From NCBI GenBank assembly GCA_963700635.1, contig CAVOYH010000001.1:224001-288000 (forward strand): a stretch of DNA of 64,000 nt. Reading direction: 5' to 3'. A program made the position numbers and the translations under genes. Below, piece after piece: positions 31,006 to 39,478 of the stretch (position 1 is its first letter; each line of letters begins with the position of its first letter). This DNA is from an uncultured Bacteroidota bacterium. GTDB taxonomy: Bacteria; Bacteroidota; Ignavibacteria; UBA10030; UBA6906. The notes below the pieces were generated by a model. That model did no database searches and was not told the DNA's origin. It worked only from the letters and a program-made list of their open reading frames with translations.

Positions 31006-31941
31006 GTGGCTCAACCGGTAAACACAGCTGATGTGCTCGGGGGGAATAGGGTGGCCATTGCGCGCGCCATTACCCTCGTGGAGAATGAGCTCCCTGCGGG
31101 GGAAGCACTGCTTCATACACTTTTCCCCCATACCGGCCGGGCCTACCGCATAGGCGTCACCGGCCCACCGGGGGCCGGGAAGAGCACCCTGACCAACAAA
31201 CTCGCGATCCACTACAGGCGGGAAGGCCGGACCGTTGGCATTATTGCGGTTGACCCGACCAGCCCCTTTACCGGCGGGGCGGTGCTCGGCGACCGGGTAC
31301 GGATGAATGACGTAGAGCTGGATGCTGGCGTGTTCATCCGGAGTATGGCGTCGAGGGGTAGTCTGGGTGGATTGAGCAAGACTGCCGCGGAAGCGGCCGA
31401 TGTGCTGGATGCTGCGGGGATGGAGATCATCCTCCTGGAGACGGTGGGTGTCGGGCAGTCCGAGCTTGATATCGCCGGTGCGGCGGACACAACGATAGTC
31501 GTGCTCGTCCCCGAATCAGGCGATGCAGTACAGGCCATGAAAGCTGGTCTGATGGAGATTGCGGACATCTTTGTCATGAACAAAGCGGACCGGGCAGGAG
31601 CGGAACAGGCCATACAGGCAATGACCACGATTCTCGGACTCCGTCAAAGCCCGGCGGCCCTGCCACCGGTCATCGCAACCGTGGCCTCCGAGGGGAAAGG
31701 TGTCGAAGATGTCGTCGGAGCGATACGATTGCACCGGGAGGCGCTTCAGAAGCATGAGGGGCTCTCTGCAAAACGAAAGGAACGGCTCCAGAATCGTATC
31801 ACAGAGCTCGTTGTAGACCGCGTACGCAAGCAACTATGGACTCCCGTGCGCCGGACTCTGTTGTCACAGGGCGTCGATGATGTTGTCCGGGGAAAACGTA
31901 CACCGTATGACGTAGCCAGAGAGCTTGTTGAGAATCTATGA
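31006..31941 (+). CDS. meaB: Methylmalonyl-CoA mutase-associated GTPase MeaB
   Basis: GVTGPPGAGKST, AVDPTSPFTGGAVLGDRVRM, ETVGVGQSE, NKAD. Confidence 0.95.
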   Translation: MAQPVNTADVLGGNRVAIARAITLVENELPAGEALLHTLFPHTGRAYRIGVTGPPGAGKSTLTNKLAIHYRREGRTVGIIAVDPTSPFTGGAVLGDRVRMNDVELDAGVFIRSMASRGSLGGLSKTAAEAADVLDAAGMEIILLETVGVGQSELDIAGAADTTIVVLVPESGDAVQAMKAGLMEIADIFVMNKADRAGAEQAIQAMTTILGLRQSPAALPPVIATVASEGKGVEDVVGAIRLHREALQKHEGLSAKRKERLQNRITELVVDRVRKQLWTPVRRTLLSQGVDDVVRGKRTPYDVARELVENL

Positions 31942-31966
31942 ACCGACCACCCGTGACGAGGTATGT

Positions 31967-33130
31967 ATGGAATCTCATGGATTAACTTTTGACCTTACGG
32001 AGCAGCAACAGTCTGTTCTGGAACTGGCTCGCTCCTTCGCCGAAAAGGAGCTGCGTCCCGTTGTGTCGCAGTTCGACGAGACCCAGGAATTTCCCTTTGC
32101 GATGGTCTCCCGGCTGGGGCAACTCGGGTTTATGGGAATCACCTGTCCGCCGGATCTTGGCGGGGCAGGGTTGTCGCCCCTGGAATCCGTCATCATCATT
32201 GAAGAGCTTGCCCGGGTTGATCCATCCATCGCGTTGACTGTCGCTTCACACAACAGCTTGTGTACCGGTCACATTATGATGTTCGGGAATAAGGACCAAC
32301 AGCGTGCGTATGTTCCGTCTCTGGCCAGCGGCAAATCGCTGGGCGCATGGGGTCTTACCGAGCCTGATTCGGGAAGTGACGCGGGAGGCATGAAGACCAC
32401 CGCGGTTCGGGATGGGTCCGACTGGATACTCAACGGGAGCAAAACTTTTATAACGCAGGGATCCGTGGGTGCTGTGTACGTTATACTGGCTGTCACGGGT
32501 GAGGCATCCTCCCGAAAAGTAATATCCGCGTTTATTCTCGAAAGGGACATGCCGGGATTCGTGATCGGAAAGAAGGAGAATAAGCTCGGGATGCGCTGTA
32601 GCGACACCGCGACGCTTATTTTCGACAATGTCCGGGTACCCGGAAAGAACCTCATCGGTTTGCAGGGCGAAGGATTTAAGCAGGCGCTCCGGGTTCTGGA
32701 CGGGGGACGGGTCGGTATCGCCGCACTCTCAGTCGGGATCGCACAGGGGGCGTTTGAAGCAAGCGTGAAATATGCCCGCGAACGCTCACAATTTGGCAAG
32801 CCGGTCGGAGAGTTCCAGGGGATACAGTGGAAGCTCGCTGATATGGCGACCGAGATCGAAGCGGCCCGACTTCTGACACATCAGGCGGCATGGAAACACA
32901 CCCACGGACTGCCCCTTACGCTTGCTGCCTCGCAGGCGAAGTACTTTGCGAGTGAAGTTGCCGTGAGGGCGGCGAATGAGGCTGTTCAAATCCACGGCGG
33001 GTACGGTTTTATCAAAGATTTTCCGGTGGAGAAGTTCTATCGGGATGTAAAGTTGATGACCATCGGGGAGGGAACATCAGAAGTCCAGAAAATGGTAATT
33101 GCCCGGCACTTTCTCGGGCAGGGTGACTGA
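31967..33130 (+). CDS. Short/branched-chain acyl-CoA dehydrogenase
   Basis: WGLTEPDSGSDA, KLGMRCSDT, RSQFGK, QIHGGYG, IGEGTSEVQ. Confidence 0.95.
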   Translation: MESHGLTFDLTEQQQSVLELARSFAEKELRPVVSQFDETQEFPFAMVSRLGQLGFMGITCPPDLGGAGLSPLESVIIIEELARVDPSIALTVASHNSLCTGHIMMFGNKDQQRAYVPSLASGKSLGAWGLTEPDSGSDAGGMKTTAVRDGSDWILNGSKTFITQGSVGAVYVILAVTGEASSRKVISAFILERDMPGFVIGKKENKLGMRCSDTATLIFDNVRVPGKNLIGLQGEGFKQALRVLDGGRVGIAALSVGIAQGAFEASVKYARERSQFGKPVGEFQGIQWKLADMATEIEAARLLTHQAAWKHTHGLPLTLAASQAKYFASEVAVRAANEAVQIHGGYGFIKDFPVEKFYRDVKLMTIGEGTSEVQKMVIARHFLGQGD

Positions 33131-33134
33131 CACT

Positions 33135-34790
33135 ATGGCCCTTTTTGGAACACCTCTTTCAGAAAACGATCAGACCGTGCGCTATGCCGAGCAGATGCAT
33201 GCCCTGCTCGATATGATGGAGACGCGTGGGGCGGACGTGCGTGCCGGCGGCAAGGCATCCGCCATGAATCGCCATAAGGCGAAGGGAAAACTCCCGGCGC
33301 GCGAACGGATTGATCTGCTGATCGATCCCGGAACAATACCCATGGAAGTCGGCTTGTTCGCCGCATACGGCATGTATGATGAGTATGGCGGCGCACCTTC
33401 GTCAGGCACGGTGGTCGTTATTGGGACCGTTCATGGCCGCCACGTGGTGATTGTGGCAAACGATGCAACTGTAAAGGCCGGCGCATGGTTTCCCATGACC
33501 TGCAAGAAGAACCTCCGCGCGCAGGAGCTTGCCATGGAAAATCACATGCCGATCGTGTATCTCGTTGATTCAGGGGGTGTCTTTCTCCCCCTCCAGAGCG
33601 AGATTTTTCCTGACAAGGAGCATTTCGGCCGCATATTCAGGAACAATGCCGTTATGTCGGCCATGGGGATCCCTCAGATTGCCGCAATCATGGGCCCCTG
33701 CGTCGCCGGCGGTGCGTATCTCCCGATCATGAGTGACGAAGCATTGATCGTGGAGAACACCGGCAGCGTTTTTCTGGCAGGATCCCATCTCGTAAAAGCC
33801 GCTATCGGTGAAGAGATAGGGAACGAAGAACTCGGCGGCGCAAAAGTACATTCGGAAGTCAGCGGGGTTACCGATCACCGCATGCCGGACGATACGGCAT
33901 GTCTCGAGCGTGTCCGGGCAATTCTCGGAAAGCTGGGCGGGGAAAAGCAGCGTGCGTATAACCGGACCAATGCCCGTCTGCCCCGTTTCTCCTCATCCGA
34001 AATTTACAGCCTTGTCCCGGCAGACAGGACCCGGCCATACGACATGGCGGAAGTGCTGGCACGCATCGTTGATAACAGCGAGTGGGATGAATACAAGGCG
34101 GGATACGGGAAAACACTTATTACAGCGTATGCCCGCATCGATGGGTGGGCGGTCGGAATAGTGGCCAACCAGCGGAGCGTCGTCAAGACCCAGCGTGGAG
34201 AAATGCAGGTGGGCGGGGTGATCTACAGTGACAGTGCTGACAAGGGTGCCCGGTTTATCATGAACTGCAACCAGAAAAGGATACCGCTCGTGTTCTTTCA
34301 GGATGTCACCGGATTTATGGTGGGAAGCCGGGCGGAACACGGGGGGATCATCAAAGATGGCGCAAAAATGGTGAGCGCTGTTGCAAACAGCGTTGTCCCC
34401 AAGTTCACCATCGTGGTGGGCAACAGCTACGGCGCAGGAAACTATGCGATGTGCGGGAGGGCGTATGATCCCCGGCTTATGGTCGCCTGGCCGACCGCGA
34501 CCATTGCCGTCATGGGCGGCCGGCAGGCAAGTGAAACACTGCTCGCAATCCGCGTCCAGCAGATGGACAAAGGCGGGCGGGTGATCGGCGAGGAGGAACA
34601 GCAGGCATTACTCGCCGAGATTGCGGCGAAATATGAGGAGGAGACTGATCCGTATTATGCCGCCGCGCGCCTCTGGGTGGATGCGATTATCGATCCGGTC
34701 GAAACACGTTCGGTGCTCTCCCGGGGTATTGCGGCGGCGGCGGCCGGCCCTCCGCCTCCACCCTTCAACCCCGGGGTGATTCAGACCTGA
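33135..34790 (+). CDS. Acyl-CoA carboxylase carboxyltransferase subunit (methylcrotonyl-CoA carboxylase beta-like)
   Basis: GKLPARERI, ANDATVKAG, CVAGGAY, QDVTGFMVG, YAAARLWVD. Confidence 0.93.
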   Translation: MALFGTPLSENDQTVRYAEQMHALLDMMETRGADVRAGGKASAMNRHKAKGKLPARERIDLLIDPGTIPMEVGLFAAYGMYDEYGGAPSSGTVVVIGTVHGRHVVIVANDATVKAGAWFPMTCKKNLRAQELAMENHMPIVYLVDSGGVFLPLQSEIFPDKEHFGRIFRNNAVMSAMGIPQIAAIMGPCVAGGAYLPIMSDEALIVENTGSVFLAGSHLVKAAIGEEIGNEELGGAKVHSEVSGVTDHRMPDDTACLERVRAILGKLGGEKQRAYNRTNARLPRFSSSEIYSLVPADRTRPYDMAEVLARIVDNSEWDEYKAGYGKTLITAYARIDGWAVGIVANQRSVVKTQRGEMQVGGVIYSDSADKGARFIMNCNQKRIPLVFFQDVTGFMVGSRAEHGGIIKDGAKMVSAVANSVVPKFTIVVGNSYGAGNYAMCGRAYDPRLMVAWPTATIAVMGGRQASETLLAIRVQQMDKGGRVIGEEEQQALLAEIAAKYEEETDPYYAAARLWVDAIIDPVETRSVLSRGIAAAAAGPPPPPFNPGVIQT

Positions 34791-34797
34791 GCACCCC

Positions 34798-35577
34798 GTG
34801 ATGCGCATTGCCGTCTGGCTCCTGATTCTCTGTGCTTCTTCAACCCCCATCAGGGCACAGGAACATCCCGTGTGGCTTCCGGGCAACCGGGAGATGGAAC
34901 ATCGGCGTGACCCTCCCGTTGACTCGGTCGAGACCTTCCATCCCCTTCTGGAGGCCCTGGCAATGTTCGCGATCCCGAAGATTCTTCAGGACGGGGTACT
35001 TCTGAAGGATTTTGTGCGAGGTGAGGAGTTCCGGTACGCACGTGTTTCGCACGGCGACGTCTTCGCCGTGGATATGCTGTTCCGGCGTGCCCTGCGGATG
35101 TGCTGGAACAATCCGTATGTCACGCTCCTGATTGTGGTGACGGCGGTACTTGATCACCACCGGGTCGGAGTGCGGCTTCCCCTGCTCGGGCCGCTCCTCT
35201 GGGTCCCGCTGACGTCTGAATTCCCCGAGGAGTTTTCTGCCCGACGTGATGCGCTGCCCAAAAACGTATTCCCCGATTCCCCGGCCTGGGGTGATCGGGA
35301 CAAGCTGCAACATTTTTTTGGCTCGGCATTGCTGGCAATGCTCACGGAATCAGCGGATGCCGCAGAGCGTGTTGGTGACTTTGTCGAGTGGGGAGAGGAA
35401 TCATTCGTCGTGGAAGGAACCTTCGAATCCCGGGACACGGAGGCCAACCGGCGCGGCGTGCTGTTTGGATTCGCATTCTTCCGGGATCGTACTGTGCTGC
35501 CCTCAATGTACATGCAGACCCCCCTGGAGATCACGCCTCAGGATAGCGTCACGTTGCACCAGGAGATACAACCATGA
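34798..35577 (+). CDS. Hypothetical exported or membrane protein
   Basis: 259-aa ORF filling the operon gap, signal peptide, stop overlaps next start (ATGA); motifs RDKLQHFFGSA and RDTEANRRG. Confidence 0.75.
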   Translation: MMRIAVWLLILCASSTPIRAQEHPVWLPGNREMEHRRDPPVDSVETFHPLLEALAMFAIPKILQDGVLLKDFVRGEEFRYARVSHGDVFAVDMLFRRALRMCWNNPYVTLLIVVTAVLDHHRVGVRLPLLGPLLWVPLTSEFPEEFSARRDALPKNVFPDSPAWGDRDKLQHFFGSALLAMLTESADAAERVGDFVEWGEESFVVEGTFESRDTEANRRGVLFGFAFFRDRTVLPSMYMQTPLEITPQDSVTLHQEIQP

Positions 35578-36905
35578 AAACCGTGCTGATTGCTGATGAT
35601 GAACAAGCCATCCGTGAAACTGTTCGAATGATTCTTGAATACGAGAAATTCACCGTCGTCCAGGCCGAAGACGGACCGGGTGCCATGGCGCGGGTGGCTG
35701 CGGGAGGCGTGGACCTTGTGCTTCTTGATATCAAGATGCCGGTTATCGATGGGATGCGTGTGCTCGAGACCCTGCGGGAGCAGCATCCGGAATTGCCGGT
35801 CGTGATGATATCCGGCCATGCGACAATCGACACAGCCGTTGAGGCCACACGGCTCGGCGCGTATGACTTTCTGCAGAAGCCGATCGACCGGGAACGGTTG
35901 ATGATTGTCGTCCGGAACGCCACGGAAGTCAAACGCCTCCGCGAACAGGTTGAAGGCAGGAGCCGGATCCTGGGCGGCACACAGATTGTGAAGGACCTGC
36001 TTGCCCTCATTGAACGGGTCGCGCCAACAGAGGCGCGTGTTCTGATTACGGGGGAAAATGGTTCCGGAAAAGAACTCGTGGCGAAAGCTCTCCATCGTCT
36101 CAGCAGACGTGCGGCCCACCCCCTCATCGAAGTGAATTGCGCTGCCATCCCCAACGAACTTATCGAGTCGGAGTTGTTTGGTCACGAACGAGGTTCCTTT
36201 ACGGGCGCGACGAACCAGCGGATCGGAAAGTTCGAGCTGGCCGACGGGGGAACGATTTTTCTCGACGAGATCGGTGACATGAGTCTGACCGCCCAGGCAA
36301 AGGTGCTCCGCGCGCTTGAGGAGGGCAAGGTCGAGCGGGTGGGGGGATCAAAGCAGGTTGTGGTTGATGTACGGGTTATTGCCGCAACCAACAAGAACCT
36401 TCCGGATGCGTTCCGGGCAGGACTGTTCCGTGAAGATCTGTATCACCGCCTCAATGTGATTCCCATCAGGGTTCCGTCGTTGCGCGAGCGCCGGGAGGAT
36501 ATTCCCTTGCTGGCAGCCGCGTTTGCCGAGGATGTGTGCGCGCAGAACGGCATGGCTCGCAAACAGTTTTCTGATGAGGCCCTGTCATTACTGCAGGGGA
36601 TGGACTGGAGGGGCAACGTGCGGGAGCTCCGAAACACCGTTGAACGGCTCGTCATCATGACTCCCGAAGCCACCATTACCCGCGTGGAGGTCTTTCCCCA
36701 TGACGTGCGCCATACGGGTGAAGGGGGAGAATTGCCTCTGCAGGCATCAACGTTTCAGGAGTTCAAAGACCGTTCGGAAGCGGCATTCATTCGAGCTCAA
36801 CTTGAAGCGCACGATTGGAATGTCAGCAAAACAGCGGAGGCACTGGAGATCCAGCGCAGTCATTTGTACAACAAGATGCGAAAATACGGCCTTGAGAGGA
36901 CCTGA
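35574..36905 (+). CDS. NtrX/NtrC-like sigma-54-interaction-domain response regulator
   Basis: Receiver, GENGSGKE, ESELFGHERGSFTGA, WRGNVREL, HTH. Confidence 0.95.
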   Translation: MKTVLIADDEQAIRETVRMILEYEKFTVVQAEDGPGAMARVAAGGVDLVLLDIKMPVIDGMRVLETLREQHPELPVVMISGHATIDTAVEATRLGAYDFLQKPIDRERLMIVVRNATEVKRLREQVEGRSRILGGTQIVKDLLALIERVAPTEARVLITGENGSGKELVAKALHRLSRRAAHPLIEVNCAAIPNELIESELFGHERGSFTGATNQRIGKFELADGGTIFLDEIGDMSLTAQAKVLRALEEGKVERVGGSKQVVVDVRVIAATNKNLPDAFRAGLFREDLYHRLNVIPIRVPSLRERREDIPLLAAAFAEDVCAQNGMARKQFSDEALSLLQGMDWRGNVRELRNTVERLVIMTPEATITRVEVFPHDVRHTGEGGELPLQASTFQEFKDRSEAAFIRAQLEAHDWNVSKTAEALEIQRSHLYNKMRKYGLERT

Positions 36906-36907
36906 GT

Positions 36908-37645
36908 TCAGAACTTTTCCCGCTGGCGCACAACTTCAAACATGCCCAGTGCTGCCGCCACCGAAGCATTAAGAGACTGTACCTTGCCGAAGAGTGGTAT
37001 CCGGACGAGGTGATCACAATGTTCCTTCACAAGTCGGCGGAGACCACGCCCCTCATTGCCGACCACGATCGCTATCGGCACACGATAGTCCGGCTCGGTA
37101 TAGAGTTTCTCCCCGTCGGATGCCAATCCCACTATCCAGAATCCTTCGTTCTTCAATTGTTCCATTGCGGCAACAATGTTGGTTACCTCGGCTATCGGGA
37201 TATGCTCGGTGGCGCCCGCTGACGCTTTGACGGCTGCGGAGCTTACGGGTGCGGTGTGGTGGCGCGGAAGCAGTACGCCGTGAGTGCCGGCGCATTCGGC
37301 GGTCCTGATCAGGGCTCCAAGATTCTGGGGGTCTTCGATCTGGTCCAGAATGAGGAGGAATCCGGTGGCGCCACTCTCCCTCACACGTGCCAGAATCTGA
37401 TCAAGGTCAACCAGATTCCGTTCAGGCGCGAACGCGACGACCCCCTGTGTCATTGCCTCAGGGGTGAACTCCAGGAAGTGCTTTTTCTCGGAATCCACGA
37501 CGGGAACCCCGCGTTGCTCGGCACGCCGGCGGATCTCATCAATGGTGCTGCCGTGGGTTCCGCGCAGCAGGAGAATCCGTTCCAGGGGACGGCCTGCTTT
37601 GAGCGCTTCAAGGATGGGTTTGCGGCCTGTGAGGACACTTGTCAT
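36908..37645 (-). CDS. rlmB: 23S rRNA (guanosine-2251-2'-O)-methyltransferase
   Basis: LDQIEDPQNLGALIRTA, KASAGA, GNEGRG, SLNASVA. Confidence 0.95.
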   Translation of the reverse strand: MTSVLTGRKPILEALKAGRPLERILLLRGTHGSTIDEIRRRAEQRGVPVVDSEKKHFLEFTPEAMTQGVVAFAPERNLVDLDQILARVRESGATGFLLILDQIEDPQNLGALIRTAECAGTHGVLLPRHHTAPVSSAAVKASAGATEHIPIAEVTNIVAAMEQLKNEGFWIVGLASDGEKLYTEPDYRVPIAIVVGNEGRGLRRLVKEHCDHLVRIPLFGKVQSLNASVAAALGMFEVVRQREKF

Positions 37646-37661
37646 GGCCCCGGCGGTGGAA

Positions 37662-38555
37662 TCATCCCACTCCTGTTGTGCGTGCAGTGGACTGTTTGCT
37701 GAGGTAGATGAAGCCTGCGAAGCCCAACATGAACAGCACGATGCTGAAGAGTTGGGCCTCGGAAAGCCCGGCGGCAAACCGGGGATTTAACCTGAGAAAT
37801 TCTATGGTGAACCGGAATGTACTTGCAAGCATCAGGTACATCATGAACAGTGAACCGTCGGGGAGCTGTCTCCTCTGGATCCCGAGCAGGAGAAAATACC
37901 CGAGTATGCCGAGCAGGAATTCATAGATCGGAGTGGGGTGAAGGGGCGTGACTTCGTCGAAGCGGGTGTAGAGGTGACCGAGTCTGTCTCTTCCCGCGAT
38001 TTGCGCGCGCAGGGAATCGTAGTGCCAATCCTGCCGCTCTACGGGTTCTCGGTGGAAATAATCTTCGAGCATAATCGATGGTTTGGCCGTTCCGTGGGAA
38101 TAGATTGTTCCCCATGCGAGGGTTGTCGGGGTACCGTAGTCTCCGTCGCCTGAAAGATGGCACCCGATGCGGCCGACTCCGTACGCGAGAATGAGGGCAA
38201 TCCCCAGGCAGTCCCACACTTTCAGAAAGGGGACCTTTTTCTTCCTGATGTACAGCGAAACGGCGAGGAGTGCCAGCAGGAAACCCCCGTACCAGGTGAG
38301 TCCGCCCGCTGAGAACGCCATCCCTGCCGGATTCATCAGAAAGGCCTCCCACTCCTCAATGAGATAGAGTATCTTTGCGCCGGCGATGCCAAACACGACA
38401 GCGAACACGGTGATGGTGTTGGCCATCGCCTTGTCAAGTCCGCGGCGCTTGAGTTCGCGGCCGAGCACTGCGCTGCCGAGGAGAAAGGCAATCCCGAGCA
38501 TCAGACCATAACTATAGATCTTGAAGGGGCCGAGTTCGAAGAGAACAGGAATCAT
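37662..38555 (-). CDS. lgt: Prolipoprotein diacylglyceryl transferase
   Basis: YSYGLM, GLTWYGG, GRIGCHLSGDGDYG, HPTPIYE, RFTIEFLR. Confidence 0.93.
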   Translation of the reverse strand: MIPVLFELGPFKIYSYGLMLGIAFLLGSAVLGRELKRRGLDKAMANTITVFAVVFGIAGAKILYLIEEWEAFLMNPAGMAFSAGGLTWYGGFLLALLAVSLYIRKKKVPFLKVWDCLGIALILAYGVGRIGCHLSGDGDYGTPTTLAWGTIYSHGTAKPSIMLEDYFHREPVERQDWHYDSLRAQIAGRDRLGHLYTRFDEVTPLHPTPIYEFLLGILGYFLLLGIQRRQLPDGSLFMMYLMLASTFRFTIEFLRLNPRFAAGLSEAQLFSIVLFMLGFAGFIYLSKQSTARTTGVG

Positions 38556-38558
38556 AGA

Positions 38559-38984
38559 TCAGGTACTCTGGCTGTTCCATTGAGAGAGAGTTGTGGTGAT
38601 CTGGACAAAAGTCTTCTTTGGCGTTTTCAACAACTTCACCTGTCCGGGAGTGATCCCGACGGAAAATGTTGTGGCGCGACCGTCGATCCCCTGCAGGGTG
38701 ACTTCGTACGTCCCGTGGAGGCCTTCGAACTCCTGTTCGAAACGCGCGGATCCTGATGACGGCAAACTGAGTTGTGGGGTACGAAAACCGAGAATGGCAA
38801 AATGGAGTGTTGACGGGGTGACTTCCGTTTTCACGGACAATTCGTACCGGAATGTGGCAAAGGTCTTCATCGTTTCAAGCACGACAAGGGTCGTCGGTCG
38901 CTGTGTACGTTCAGCGACGTGCGGTGCGATCAGGATGCGGTATTCCGTCTCCCCGCGTGTGCGGGTGGATTGTTGACGAGGCAT
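38559..38984 (-). CDS. Hypothetical protein (141 aa, beta-rich)
   Basis: ORF packed 8 nt after the PTS IIA gene and 3 nt before lgt, with a GGGGA RBS-like sequence. Confidence 0.75.
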   Translation of the reverse strand: MPRQQSTRTRGETEYRILIAPHVAERTQRPTTLVVLETMKTFATFRYELSVKTEVTPSTLHFAILGFRTPQLSLPSSGSARFEQEFEGLHGTYEVTLQGIDGRATTFSVGITPGQVKLLKTPKKTFVQITTTLSQWNSQST

Positions 38985-38992
38985 GAGTTCCC

Positions 38993-39463
38993 CTACAGCT
39001 CGAAGTACGATGCTTCCTCCTGGCGAAACATCTCGAGGATGTCTTTCGGCGATGTCACGTTCAGAAGACGCCTTCGGAATTCTTCTTTATTCATGAGGCG
39101 TGAGATGCGGCTCAGCAATTTTATGTGCGGGCCAACCAGATTGTCTTTGCCCACAAGGAGAAACACGAGACGCACCGGCTTTTCGTCCAGAGAGTCGTAG
39201 TCAATCTCTTCATCGGTGACGGCAAATGCTGCGACAATATCGGCCACGGCATCGGTCTTCCCGTGGGGAATAGCAAACCCATTACCGACCCCGGTTGACA
39301 TGATGCTCTCGCGTTCAAGGATCGCAACGCGGACCTTTTCCTTGTCCAGCACTTTCGGTGAACTCGCCACGAGATCCACCATGGCATCAATAATGTCATC
39401 TTTGGACGTGCCTTTGAGTCCAGCGACGACAAGGTCTTCGGTAAGGATGTCGCTGATTTTCAT
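38993..39463 (-). CDS. PTS IIA (Fru/Ntr-type) protein
   Basis: RESIMSTGVGNGFAIPHG, YDSLDEKPV, HIKLLSRISRL. Confidence 0.93.
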   Translation of the reverse strand: MKISDILTEDLVVAGLKGTSKDDIIDAMVDLVASSPKVLDKEKVRVAILERESIMSTGVGNGFAIPHGKTDAVADIVAAFAVTDEEIDYDSLDEKPVRLVFLLVGKDNLVGPHIKLLSRISRLMNKEEFRRRLLNVTSPKDILEMFRQEEASYFEL

Positions 39464-39478
39464 CGCGTGGAGATTCTC

